Assembly: GCF_001194135.2 (NCBI RefSeq)
Contig: NC_068981.1
Location: forward strand, 179,080,065-179,125,905
From: Octopus bimaculoides
Taxonomy: Eukaryota
Direction of reading: 5' to 3'
DNA length: 45,841 nt
This document shows, one piece after another, positions 11,666-23,793 of the stretch. The stretch's first letter is position 1, and each line of letters opens with the position of its first letter. The translations under genes were made by a program, and so were the position numbers. The notes under the pieces are model-generated. The model was not told the origin of the DNA, did no database searches, and worked only from the letters and a program-made list of their open reading frames with translations.

Positions 11666-11699
<34 letters not shown>

Positions 11700-12275
11700 T
11701 GTANNNNNNNNNNTATGTATGTATATTGTTGGCTTTAAGCTGGTTAACTCGAAGAAAGATCTGATAAAACACAGTCATTTACAAACGGAGAATGTGTACA
11801 CTTTTCCTTAGTTTGCAAGCCGTTCTAGTTATAAAACAATAACGAGCTTGGAAATATTCAAAGGAGACACACAGCAGATATACAGCAGACTAGACGAAGC
11901 GGAACACCCTAAGACTGGTTTTCTAGAACTATCTCTCTGTGCAAAGCCTCTCATTCCATTTTTCATATCAGAATCCCTCTCTTTATTTTACATTGAATAT
12001 ATACGAGGGTATTAAGTAAATACGCGTGTAATATATAAGGGTAGCGTGTGTCTGTATGCGTAGATATGGGTGTTTGAATTACGCCGATGCGGGTCTGTCT
12101 GAAAATTGTTTTTACAAATCCTGAACTGAGGTTGATATTGCTATATATATCTATATATTTTTGTTTTGATATGAGGACCACCAGATGAGATGATGTATTT
12201 ACGTGCACTGCACTCCTTGCTCTTTTACTGCAGTCAAAGGCAGTCTCATGTCTGGGTCAACAGCATTAGCTGTAC

Positions 12276-12341
<66 letters not shown>

Positions 12342-12605
12342 TTTGTTAATCCTTGTCTGTATCACTATCATCTATTTATATATACATACATANNNNNNNN
12401 NNNNNNNNNNNNNNNNNNNNNNNNNNNNNNNNNNNNNNNNNNNNNNNNNNNNNNNNNNNNNNNNNNNNNNNNNNNNNNNNNNNNNNNNNNNNNNNNNNNN
12501 NNNNNNNNNNNNNNNNNNNNNNNNNNNNNNNNNNNNNNNNNNNNNNNNNNNNNNNNNNNNNNNNNNNNNNNNNNNNNNNNNNNNNNNNNNNNNNNNNNNN
12601 NNNNN

Positions 12606-12652
<47 letters not shown>

Positions 12653-15600
12653 GAGCGAGAGAGAGAGATAGATAGATAGATAGGTATAAATTATGTATAA
12701 TAGAAAGTGTGTGTGTGTGTGTGTATTTATGAATGTATGTATGTACATATTTATGTATGTATGTATGTATGTATGTAGGCATGTATGTATCTATGTGTGG
12801 ATGTATATATGCATGCGTTTTTGCAAGCATATCTCTGTAGTTCGGAAGTTCGTTTCGTATCTGCAAAGATCCGAGTTTGATCTTGTGTCACACCCTCTTT
12901 GGGCAAGTGTCTTTCCTGTTGTCTCTCGTTAACCAGTGTCTTTTGAGTGGAATGTGGCAGTCACACACACTGTGGAGAGGCTTAACCTATATTACATGCC
13001 TATTGTAGCCTTGCTTTATTGCAAGACTGAAGCTAAATTGTAAGAGGAGAAAGAGCAAAAAAAAGATAAGCAACTTATAATGATAACCAACCTTGATAAC
13101 AAGCAAATCTGAAATTCAGTGAACTCACCATTTTGTATTTAAAGTTAAAACTTCGCAGCCAATTACGTAATCTTTTAATTTCCTCTTGAATTACAATACA
13201 GCCAAAGACGCAGATGATAAACAAACTTAACTGTTAAATAATAACAAACTATAATTGCTAAATTAATAGTTAAGGAAATTCTTAATTGACGACGCGTCTG
13301 ACACACATAAACGCATATACACACCCTTAAACACACACACACACACACACACATACACAGAACTAATAAAAACAAAGCCTATTCATATTTTACGTATTTG
13401 AGCTTGTTTTTGCTTGCCTAGATCTGAAAGAATATTTGTAGAGATATGGAGCTAACACGAAAGAAACTGCTGTGCCAATGATTTCAAATTGAAATCTTTA
13501 ACTTGTTGATATTTGCTGCTATGTTTCTGAGAAAGTTATCATTCGCAGCACACAATTCCGTTGATAAAATTTACATTCTTTTATTATTTTCTACTCTAGG
13601 CACAAGGAAAATCATTATATTCAAATATATTTTTGCTGGCTAAATTTAATTTTAACCGATTGTAAAATTTAGAATCCCTTAATTATATTCCTTTATTTAG
13701 ATATGCATTCGGAAAATTTAAATATGATCTGCAATTTAGAATGCGTATTAATTTATCATCACGTGAGCTATCTTAGAGACAGTTGTAGTGCTTGCTAAAA
13801 TTTATTTACGTACCGGGATTAACAGAGGAAGATTGCTGTAGTTGGACGCGCAAAATGACTGAGTAGAATATTAATGTTGTTTAACTGTGAAGAAGTCACA
13901 ACAGAAGATGAAAGTGGATTCTCTGTAGATGTTGACAATAAGCATTCAATCTCTCGACCAACACAGTTCCTATTCATGAAATTAACCTGAAAGCGTCTAA
14001 GTATCCCACATATACATGTACACCTATGGAAATTATCGGACTGAGTTAGTCTGACACAGCGTGACAAAGTTACACTCCTGAGAGAAAGAAAGAGAAAAAT
14101 CAAATCGAGTATTGGTATTTCATTTATTGTTTCCGAAATGATGAAAGGCAAAGTTGACATCGGCATGATTAGAACCCAGAGCTCAGAGAGCCGATAGGAA
14201 TACTACCGCAACGATGTAACGATTCTGCTAATTCGGTACTTTTTAACAAAAGTATGGAAGCCACAATAGCACTGTTTTGTTTTTAATTGGGGAAGGAAAG
14301 AAATATAAGTAGAACGGAATAGAAACAGTGTGATGATTAAATTATAAAATTGTTATCTAAAGTTTTTAATTCAACCACGAAAATCTATTGAGTACGATCT
14401 TATCGGTGTGAAAGTGCATAAGAGGAGCTCTGTGACAGTTAATTGTTTTTATTTTATGCGTGACAGGCGCTACAGAATTAGCAGCAGGTCCACCTCAAGG
14501 GATCACTTTCGAGATAGACCTAATTACACTTACCTTTAGATTAGTAAATCTCTTGTGAAACATATGAACATAAAATATTCCCATATGGCACTTTCCGAAA
14601 ATTTAACGCCTTTATGGTCTGCCAAAATTATGTTCAAATATATATTTTAAAATAAAGAAGGAAAGATAGTCGAGACATCTAGGCACTGTACTAAACACCT
14701 TCCATTAGTAATTTTCATTATACACGGTCTTGAGTTCAAAAACTTTCGCTACTGATTTTACCTTTCATCATTCTAAGAGCGATCAAATATTTATCATTCA
14801 GTCGATAATATATGCCCCATTGCAACCTTTTCCTGGTTTCTTATTAAATGGAATCAATAATTCAAGCAGTGTTACGTCCCTTTGCATTCGGTGTTCATAT
14901 TCTGCCGAAACTGACTGCCTTCATTTCTTCAGTGTCGATAAAATAAGATATTCTAGTTCATGGTCATCCCATCCTTATTTTTCAGGTATAGTGTATACAT
15001 TATCACGTTATCCAATGTATTCCTTTTGTGATTCGGATGCATGCAGAACAACTATGAAGAGGATACTTTATCACCTAGTTATATTTCTGTTATCTATACT
15101 ATAATAAAGAAAGCTGCTTATCCATTTCTTTGGAGTATGTAACTTTTACTTTCAAAGTCTACAGTGTCTAGGAAATACTTCAAAATTCTAATTTATATAT
15201 ATATATATATNNNNNNNNNNNNNNNNNNNNNNNNNNNNNNNNNNNNNNNNNNNNNNNNNNNNNNNNNNNNNNNNNNNNNNNNNNNNNNNNNNNNNNNNNN
15301 NNNNNNNNNNNNNNNNNNNNNNNNNNNNNNNNNNNNNNNNNNNNNNNNNNNNNNNNNNNNNNNNNNNNNNNNNNNNNNNNNNNNNNNNNNNNNNNNNNNN
15401 NNNNNNNNNNNNNNNNNNNNNNNNNNNNNNNNNNNNNNNNNNNNNNNNNNNNNNNNNNNNNNNNNNNNNNNNNNNNNNNNNNNNNNNNNNNNNNNNNNNN
15501 NNNNNNNNNNNNNNNNNNNNNNNNNNNNNNNNNNNNNNNNNNNNNNNNNNNNNNNNNNNNNNNNNNNNNNNNNNNNNNNNNNNNNNNNNNNNNNNNNNNN

Positions 15601-15906
15601 NNNNNNNNNNNNNNNNNNNNNNNNNNNNNNNNNNNNNNNNNNNNNNNNNNNNNNNNNNNNNNNNNNNNNNNNNNNNNNNNNNNNNNNNNNNNNNNNNNNN
15701 NNNNNNNNNNNNNNNNNNNNNNNNNNNNNNNNNNNNNNNNNNNNNNNNNNNNNNNNNNNNNNNNNNNNNNNNNNNNNNNNNNNNNNNNNNNNNNNNNNNN
15801 NNNNNNNNNNNNNNNNNNNNNNNNNNNNNNNNNNNNNNNNNNNNNNNNNNNNNNNNNNNNNNNNNNNNNNNNNNNNNNNNNNNNNNNNNNNNNNNNNNNN
15901 NNNNNN

Positions 15907-16277
15907 GTGGAGGCGCAATGGCCCAGTGGTTAGGGCAGCGGACTCGCGGTTTCGATTCCCAGACCGGGCGTTGTGGGTGTTTATTGAGCAAAAACACCTA
16001 AAGCTCCACGAGGCTCCGGTAGGAGATGGTGGCGAACCCTGCTGTACTCTTTCACCACAACTTTCTCTCGCTCTTACTTCCTGTTTCTGTTGTACCTGTA
16101 ATTCAAAGGGTCAGCCTTGTCACACTGTGTCACGCTGAATATCCCCGCGAACTACGTTAAGGGTACACATGTGTGTGGAGTGCTCAGCCACTTGCACGTT
16201 AATTTCATGAGCAGGCTGTTCCGTTGATCGGATCAACTGGAACCCTCGACGTCGTAAGCGACGGAGTGCCAACAACA
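15907..16277 (+). mobile_element. SINE family 1 (tRNA-derived, (AAC)n tail), copy with a 14-bp internal deletion
   Basis: GTGGAGGCGCAATGGCCCAGTGG (A box), GGTTTCGATTCC (B box), and 3' GTCGTAAGCGACGGAGTGCCAACAAC. Closely similar to three other copies. The left flank is a gap. Confidence 0.9.
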
Positions 16278-17624
16278 GTACATGATAAGGACTAAAACAT
16301 GAATGCCTTTATATATTTCCGACAGTTAATTCTGATCGTGTTATTGCAGTTCATATGATGAACGGGAATAAAAAAAAATCATTTGCTATCTCTGCTCATC
16401 TGTCGTGGTCTGCTGATATAAGGTGAGTAATACTAAAACGTACAGATTTGTATATGTCGACGACAGAGAATTAATGCAGAGGAAATAATAAGTGCTGTTG
16501 AACGAATAAAGGATACAAAGGAAAATTAGACAACGAATCGGAAAAGTTACACAAATCCAGAATCAAAACTGTAAATGTTATTTAGCGAATAGCCGAAAAC
16601 CGCTTCCCGGCGGTGCTTCTTCTTGTATTGATAATAAACTTATCAAAGCTAAATTCAAACGCTGTCAGGGTCAATTTTATCTTTTATAACACTCCTAAAA
16701 TGTGTGGTCTTGTACCAAAAACAGAAATCAGTAGTGGGATTACGTATATATTCATTCTTACTTTAGCTCTACTCTAATTTTTCGGAAATTGTTGTATTAA
16801 GCAATTCAGTACCAACTATGTTATATGAGGGCTGTAGATTGGCAGAATCATTTGAACACCTGAAAAGAATACCATGTGGTGTTTGTCCCAGTTCTTCTTG
16901 TTCTGAGTTTAAATGCGGTCAGGATCAACGATGCCCGTCGTCCTTCCAGAGTCAATAAAATCAGTACCAGTCAAGTATTGAGATCGATTTAATCGACTGA
17001 CTTCCTACATTCCACTAAAAAAAAAAAAAAAAAAAAGAACGTGGCTGTGTTTCTATATTAGAAATTATATGAACTGTTGTATCCGCTATTGTTATGAATA
17101 TTGCTTGATATGAAAACCTAAGCGTATAATTTAATGTTAGAGGAAACGTTCAACATTCAGATTGTATGCTTGTGTGATTAGCATGCTTGTGTAACTTGCA
17201 TGCTTATGTGTTTGGCATGCTTATATGGTTGGTATTCCTTAGTAAAAATAGCAGAGCGACAAATTATATTTTAATAAATAACGCGTAACTTCTACAAATA
17301 AACTCTAAAACTATGCTGAAACCTATTAAATTTCTCGGTTGGCGATAAAAGTTTTCTGCTATTAAGTTGGCAGGTGTTGCAGAAAATTCCTGATGAGTTA
17401 AGAGCAGTGTGGAGGGTAGGAGAGGGATGAACTAAAAAAATGTTATCGGACTCCTAAATCGAAGCAATGATTATTTCCATTCGGACACACTGTGTAAAAT
17501 CCATGAGCTAGGACATTTTACTCTCAGTGTTTTAACGCTGATTAGCTGTGTTTTGGGAGTAGAGTATATTTAAATCCTGTAAGCAGCAGAACACTACGAT
17601 TTTTTCTATCTATTGTAGAAGACC

Positions 17625-17811
17625 TAAACTTTTGAGATAGGCGAGGGCTAGTCATTTTCATCGACCCTAGTGCTCAACTTATTTCATCGACTCCGAAAGG
17701 TTGAAAGCAAAAGACGACCTCGGCGGAATTTGAACTCAGAACATAGAACCGGAAGAAAGGCCGCTATGCATTTTATTCAGTGAGCTAACGATTCTACCAG
17801 GTCTCAGCCTT
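17625..17811 (-). mobile_element. SINE family 3, diverged copy
   Basis: GACGACCTCGGCGGAATTTGAACTCAGAAC...CTAACGATTCTACCAG is the reverse complement of the family 3 head and body. Confidence 0.7.
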
Positions 17812-17878
17812 GGAACACTGTACAAGTGAGTAAATTTATTCCAACCTGTTGTACTGTGATCATCTGTGATCAATTTGT

Positions 17879-18269
17879 GGTTGTTGTTGGCACTCCGTCG
17901 CTTACGACGTCGAGGGTTCCAGTTGATCCGATCAACGGAACAGCCTGCTCGTGAAATTAACGTGCAAGTTGGCTGAGCACTCCACAGACACGTGTACCCT
18001 TAACATAGTTCTTGGGGATATTCAGCGTGACACAGAGTGTGACAAGGCTGACTCTTTGAATTACAGGTACAACAGAAACAGGAAGTAAGAATGAGAAAAA
18101 GTTGTGGTGAAAGAGTACAGCAGGGTTCACCACCATCCGCTGCCGGAGCCTCGTGGAGCTTTAGGTGTTTTCGCTCAATAAACACTCACAACGCCCGGTC
18201 TGGGAATCGAAACCGCGATCCTATGACCATGAGTGCGCTGCCCTAACTACTGGGCCATTGCGCCTCCAC
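17879..18269 (-). mobile_element. SINE family 1, full length, 11-bp TSD
   Basis: TSD GATCAATTTGT at 17868-17878 and 18270-18280. Full head-to-tail match to 24407-24793. Confidence 0.95.
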
Positions 18270-19286
18270 GATCAATTTGTAATGAGTTACTAAATAAAGC
18301 GCTCTTAGCATCCTTGTATCGGCTGACTATGAATAGGGAAATATGCAAACACTGCAAAGAACGCACAGATTTTAGCGATAAGTTTAAATTCTAATGCTAT
18401 TTAGGTAAAGTGATTAGTTTTCTCCCCGGTACTTAGCCTCATAGTCAATACTCAATTTCAATAGCTTCGACCAGCCTGGCTCAGGGATACACGCCGCTTA
18501 ATGATAGGGTCCAGGTTATAGCCTATATAAGGAAAAACTCACCAGATCCTATTATACGAGTCGATATTCCCATCTTTTAAAAGACAAGACGAAAGGTTGT
18601 CCTTCAATGAACGATATATGGCGTACATACTTTTATAAAAACTTATCTTACGCAATTAAGATAAATACTGCTAAAACGGCAAGCCTCTTACATTTTTCTG
18701 CTTGACATTTCGTAATTTCTGATTAAAGTTATTTACTTCAGAAGAGGGCTAAATTGCAGATATGACATTTACACCTTCCAGAAGACGGAATAGTGACATA
18801 AGTGGGGAATCCAAACTTGGTTAACTACCCAGTTTGTGGGAAATATACCACGGCTCCACTATTTCACACGCATTTAAATAATTACTTACAGACACATATA
18901 TGCATATTTACTTACATACATATGTATGTGCGTGCTATTAAGCAGCCGTGAATATTATATAAATATGTATATACTTACATATATGCGAGTGTGTGTATAT
19001 GTATACATATATATATGTATGTNNNNNNNNNNNNNNNNNNNNNNNNNNNNNNNNNNNNNNNNNNNNNNNNNNNNNNNNNNNNNNNNNNNNNNNNNNNNNN
19101 NNNNNNNNNNNNNNNNNNNNNNNNNNNNNNNNNNNNNNNNNNNNNNNNNNNNNNNNNNNNNNNNNNNNNNNNNNNNNNNNNNNNNNNNNNNNNNNNNNNN
19201 NNNNNNNNNNNNNNNNNNNNNNNNNNNNNNNNNNNNNNNNNNNNNNNNNNNNNNNNNNNNNNNNNNNNNNNNNNNNNNNNNNNNNN

Positions 19287-19322
<36 letters not shown>

Positions 19323-19658
19323 GTGTGTTTATACATACATGCAGACATACAATTATACAGACACACACACATATATATACACATAAACAACATATACAAT
19401 GGAGGGTTGACAGGGACTTCGAAGTTTTGGCATGCTGGCTTTCATCTGACAGTTTGATGAAGACGAGCAAACGGAAACTTTGAAGTCGCTGTGAGCATTG
19501 TACCAGCAAAACTTAAAATATGTACTCCATTAAAAAGCTTAGGAAATCCTTCAGTTTAACATTAAATTGCTTTTATATAAACTTGACTTAAAAGCACATA
19601 TTAATAAGTCTATATACATACATAGATTCATACATACATACATACATACATACATACA

Positions 19659-19765
19659 AAAGTACCCTTTTGATGTTGAAATTCCAATGAAGGAGACTTG
19701 GATCTAGGTTAGAAACCGGCTCTTTCTCTGTTGGCAAGAAATATTGAATTGAAACTGAATAACGA
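19659..19765 (+). mobile_element. 3' UTR-only remnant of the TACA-associated REL retrotransposon, copy C
   Basis: AAAAGTACCC...AATTCCAATGAAGG...GGATCTAGGTTAGAAACCGGCTCTTTCTCT...CAAGAAAT matches 22525-22637 and about 10005-10089. Confidence 0.75.
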
Positions 19766-19862
19766 CATACATACATACATACATACATACACACACACAT
19801 ACATACATACATACACACACACATACATACATACATACATACATACATACATACATACATAC

Positions 19863-20368
19863 TCGTGGAAGACCCCAATAAAAACGTCAATTCGATGCAA
19901 ACATAACAGACCAGATATTGTTCTGAGAAAATGAACAAAAGTCATACACTGTTGTAGAGGTCAGCTGCCCAACGAATTTGAATGTGCAATAAAAAAAAAT
20001 CAAGAAAAAGTAAACATTTACGGCGAATTAATGCGGAACTTACAGCTCTTGTACCGTGACTATGAATTCTCATTTGTACTTAACTTCATAGGTGCATTAA
20101 GTTATGTACCAAGAACCTAAAAACACTTAGTTTCACGGAAAAAAGCAAAAGAGACTAACGCGGATTCTTCAAATCCAATCTATTAGAGGCAGTGTGAAGA
20201 TTTGTAAGACATTCCAAAAATTCTCCATGTGAGATTCTTATGTGAATAGGTGCACATACTTGGGTGTATGCATCGACAGCTCAACCAACACACCAGCCCA
20301 ATCACATATTGACAAATATCGGGGACTCTCTTAACTAAATAAGTCTTAAATAAAACTCAAATACAAAT
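19863..20368 (+). mobile_element. 5'-truncated REL-type retrotransposon, copy D (endonuclease domain, frameshifted)
   Basis: WKTPIKTSIRCKHNRPDIVL, then VVEVSCP...IYGELMRNLQLLYRDY...GAL, then LQIQSIRGSVKICKTFQKF. PD...E active-site pattern. Starts directly after (TACA)n and ends in (CATA)n. Confidence 0.8.
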
Positions 20369-20867
20369 CATACATACATACATATGTGTGTGTACGTGTG
20401 CGTATGTTCGTATGTGTGTGTTTATGAGCATGTATGTGTCTGTGTGTATGTAAACACGCATATGTATATAATTATGTGGTTGGGGAGAAAACTACTTACC
20501 ACACAGCCACTCCTGCAGCTATGTGTGTTTATGTGTGTGCGTGTATATATATANNNNNNNNNNNNNNNNNNNNNNNNNNNNNNNNNNNNNNNNNNNNNNN
20601 NNNNNNNNNNNNNNNNNNNNNNNNNNNNNNNNNNNNNNNNNNNNNNNNNNNNNNNNNNNNNNNNNNNNNNNNNNNNNNNNNNNNNNNNNNNNNNNNNNNN
20701 NNNNNNNNNNNNNNNNNNNNNNNNNNNNNNNNNNNNNNNNNNNNNNNNNNNNNNNNNNNNNNNNNNNNNNNNNNNNNNNNNNNNNNNNNNNNNNNNNNNN
20801 NNNNNNNNNNNNNNNNNNNNNNNNNNNNNNNNNNNNNNNNNNNNNNTGTGTGTGTGTGTGTGTGTGT

Positions 20868-21080
20868 GTATCTTTGGGTTTGCGTCGTTTGTCCTCGCTG
20901 CCACTTGACAATCAATGTTGCTTTGTTTACACCTCCGTAAGTTAGCGGTTTGGCAAACTACACCGATAGAATGAGTCCCAGTTTGAAAAATAAGTATTTG
21001 GTTTCAATTTTTTCGAGTAAATACTTCAAGGCTGTGCCCCAGCATGGATGTAGTCCAATTACTGAAACAAGTAAAAGATT
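20868..21080 (+). mobile_element. SINE family 2, 3' half
   Basis: CTTGACAATCAATGTTG...GTTAGCGGTTTGGCAAA...CCCAGCATGG...ACTGAAACAAGTAAAAGA. Confidence 0.7.
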
Positions 21081-21778
21081 AAAGATATATGAATGGATGA
21101 GTACTAGACATTGAAAACGTAAACGAATAACATGGAGCAATTTTAATATATATTCATTTTAATGTCTAAAAGAACACATTGTGTTATGATATTTTTCAAA
21201 ATATCTAAGTGTATTACAGCGCACAATTTAAATGATATTCGTCAACTGATTTCCTCTCTTCAAATTAATTGGTCAGTTACTTTGAGTAGCAGGGCTGTTT
21301 AAACTACATATATAAATGTATATTATATTATATTAATGCTCAAGACTAATGTCTCACTCAGATTCGATGTTTGTAACGAGAAACAGCACCATGAATCAAA
21401 TTATTTATGCATTATTTGTTAATGTGTTGGTTATAAATACATTACAAAGACTAACTCAAGTTATACAAGTACAAGGCACAATGCCACTGTCTTGGATGAA
21501 ACGACGGATCATGATAGGAGAAAATAGAAATATAGGCACAAGTATGACTGCGGAATTAAGAAACTAGTTTTGCAACCACGTGGTTTTGGGTTCAGTCTCA
21601 CTGTGCGGCACTTTGGGCAAGTGTTTTCTACAACAGCCTCGTGTAGAAAACTATCGTACATACCTACATAGACGCATGCATACATACGTATATACATACA
21701 TACATACATACATACATGCATGCATACATACATGCATGCATACATACATACATACATACGTACATACATACATACATA

Positions 21779-22637
21779 ACAAAAAGGAGTACTGGTGGAG
21801 GCGGCGAACTGGCAGAAACGTTAGCACGCCGGGCGAAATGCTTAGTGGTATTTCGTCTGCCGCTACGTTTTGAGTTCAAATTCCACAGAGGTCGTCTTTG
21901 CCTTTCATCCCTTCGGGGTCGATAAATTAAGTACCAGTTACGTACTAGGGTCGATGTAATCGACTTAATCCGTTTGTCTGTCTTTGTTTGTCCCCTCTAT
22001 GTTTAGCCCCTTGTGGGCAATAAAGAAATAAAAAAAGGAGTACTGGTGGAATTCTCAGTGAAAACCTCAATAATATGTAAGCACAATAGGCCTGACATAA
22101 TGATTGGAGATAAGGAAAAGAAATTGTATACAGTTGTAAAATCAGCTGCCCACCGGATGTACATAAAGCTAAAGATCAGTGAAAAGGAGAATACCTACGC
22201 TGAAGTATTGAGGATTTTGCAGTTACTCTATAAAGATTAGAAGTTCTTATATATGTAATTATTGGGAGATTGAGATATGTAAAACACTGCCTTAATACCA
22301 ATCTTGAGAAATTAGTCTTTTCAAAACCAGAATGGAGAAATCTGATTTGAAGACTACAGATCCAATCCATCACTGGTACTGTAAAAACCTATAAAACTTT
22401 CCAGAAGTTTATCATTTGCGTGTATATGAGCATGTCTAGATATGTAAATATATGCATGAGAATACATAGATAAAGCAAAACATACAAATCTGCACACATA
22501 CATACATACATACAGACATACGTACAAAAGTACCCTCTTGATGTTTTTTGAAATTCCAATGAATTAACCTTGGATCCAGGTTAGAAACCGGATCTTTCTC
22601 TATAGGCAAGAAATCTTGAAACAAAATTGAATAATGA
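21779..22637 (+). mobile_element. 5'-truncated REL-type retrotransposon, copy E, interrupted by a SINE
   Basis: NKKEYWW is rejoined across the SINE to SVKTSIICKHNRPDIMIGDKEKKLYTVV...LQLLYKD...NLEKL...LQIQSITGTVKT. 3' UTR as in copies A and C. (TACA)n on both sides. Confidence 0.8.
21800..22031 (+). mobile_element. SINE family 3, full length, 18-19-bp TSD
   Basis: TSD AAAAAGGAGTACTGGTGG(A) at 21781-21799 and 22032-22050. Confidence 0.95.
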
Positions 22638-22844
22638 CATACATACATACATCCACAAACTCACACACACGCACATATGTATATGTATGTATGTGTGTGT
22701 ATATGTAGGTGTGTGTGTGAGTGTTTGTGTGTCTGTGTGTGTGCGCCTGTATGTTTGTATTTTGCCCTCACCCTCCCACTTGACAACCGGTGTTGGTTGC
22801 TTACATCTCCGTAACTTTACAATTCGGTAAAAAATAGTATAGAG

Positions 22845-22930
22845 CAGTGGTTCCTAAACTTTTTCGGGTTTCCCCCGTCTTGGCACCCAGACCAGATTCC
22901 TAGCGCTACCTTCCTTCCACCCACCACCAC
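22845..22930 (+). mobile_element. hAT-like left end only
   Basis: CAGTGGTTCCTAAACTTTTT preceded by GTATAGAG. No matching right end was found. Confidence 0.35.
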
Positions 22931-23208
22931 AAACATAGATAAATTTCTGCATCAAATTCAAAACAACAGTATTTCACAAGTAAAACTAAACCTAATTATT
23001 TTGTTGTCTTTATGTCCATCAGCTCCGTATGGCCACCCCATTATCGCCATTACTTTTCTTCAGTTGATTATACGACGTTGCATTTCTCCTTCCTTCTTTG
23101 CAATGTGTGTGTGCGTGCGCGCGCACACGCGTGTGTGTGAGAACAGAAATAATATATAATGTGTTTAGCTCTTGGATAATCTACAAGAACCAGGTAAGTT
23201 GAAGTGTG

Positions 23209-23256
23209 GATCGTATGACTAGTTTTGTCTTTTTTATGACTCATCAGTGATCGATC
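23209..23256 (-). ncRNA. Degenerate minimal hammerhead ribozyme motif
   Basis: The minus strand reads CTGATGA-GTC-ATAAAAAA-GAC-AAAA-C-TA-GTC. There is one substitution in GAAA, stem III is palindromic (ACTAGT), and stem I is only partly paired (GATCG/CGATC). Confidence 0.45.
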
Positions 23257-23373
23257 ATAACACTTTACAACTACTGAATCCAGAAGACTCTATCTTCTAA
23301 TGAAAACTTAAAATATTAACAGTTTTACCAACAAAATTACAAACACCCCATATTTATGACCAAGTATGATTTT

Positions 23374-23537
23374 GGAAAGCGGAGTGGCTGTGTGGTAAGT
23401 AGTTTGCTTACGAACCGCATGGTTCCGGGTTCAGTCCCACTGCGTGGCACCTTGGACAAGTGTCTTCTACTATAGCCTCGGGCCGACCAAAGCCTTGTGA
23501 GTGGATTTGGTAGACGGAAATGGAAAGAAGCTCATCG

Positions 23538-23582
<45 letters not shown>

Positions 23583-23793
23583 ATGTTTGTGTATCTATCT
23601 GTCTCCCCAACATCGCTTGACAACCGATGCTGGTGTGGTTACGTCCCCGTAACTTAGCGGTTCGGCAAAAGAGTCCGACAGGATAAGTACTAGGCTTACA
23701 AAGAATAAGTCCTGGGGTCGATTTGCTCGACTAAAGATGGTACTCCAGCATGGTCACAGTCAAATGGCTGAAACAAGTAAAAGAGTAAAAGAG
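23374..23793 (+). mobile_element. SINE family 2, full length (CORE-like domain, internal (TA)(TG) microsatellite, (GAGTAAAA)n tail)
   Basis: A-box-like GTGGCTGTGTGG, B-box-like GGTTCAGTCCC, CACCTTGGACAAGTGTCTTCTACTATAGCC, and tail AAGTAAAAGAGTAAAAGAG. Confidence 0.9.

Larger units (their letters stand above)
21533..22844 (+). mobile_element. Old SINE family 2 copy split by nested insertions
   Basis: 5' half at 21533-21660 (CACTTTGGGCAAGTGTTTTCTAC) and 3' half at 22640-22844 (CTTGACAACCGGTGTTGGTTGCTTACATCTCCGTAAC). Confidence 0.65.

Noticed and set aside
14530-14620. Minus-strand exon with a strong AAG|GTAAGT donor
   Set aside because: All three frames between the candidate acceptor and donor contain stops.
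16350-16422. 73-nt candidate exon (TTATTGCAG| ... AAG|GTGAGT; MMNGNKKKSFAISAHLSWSADI)
   Set aside because: The splice signals are good, but the peptide is unrecognised and I found no partner exons. Such pairs arise by chance in 45 kb. A non-coding exon cannot be excluded without RNA-seq.
17385-17440. CTGATGAG as a hammerhead core
   Set aside because: No stem II closes onto GAAA.
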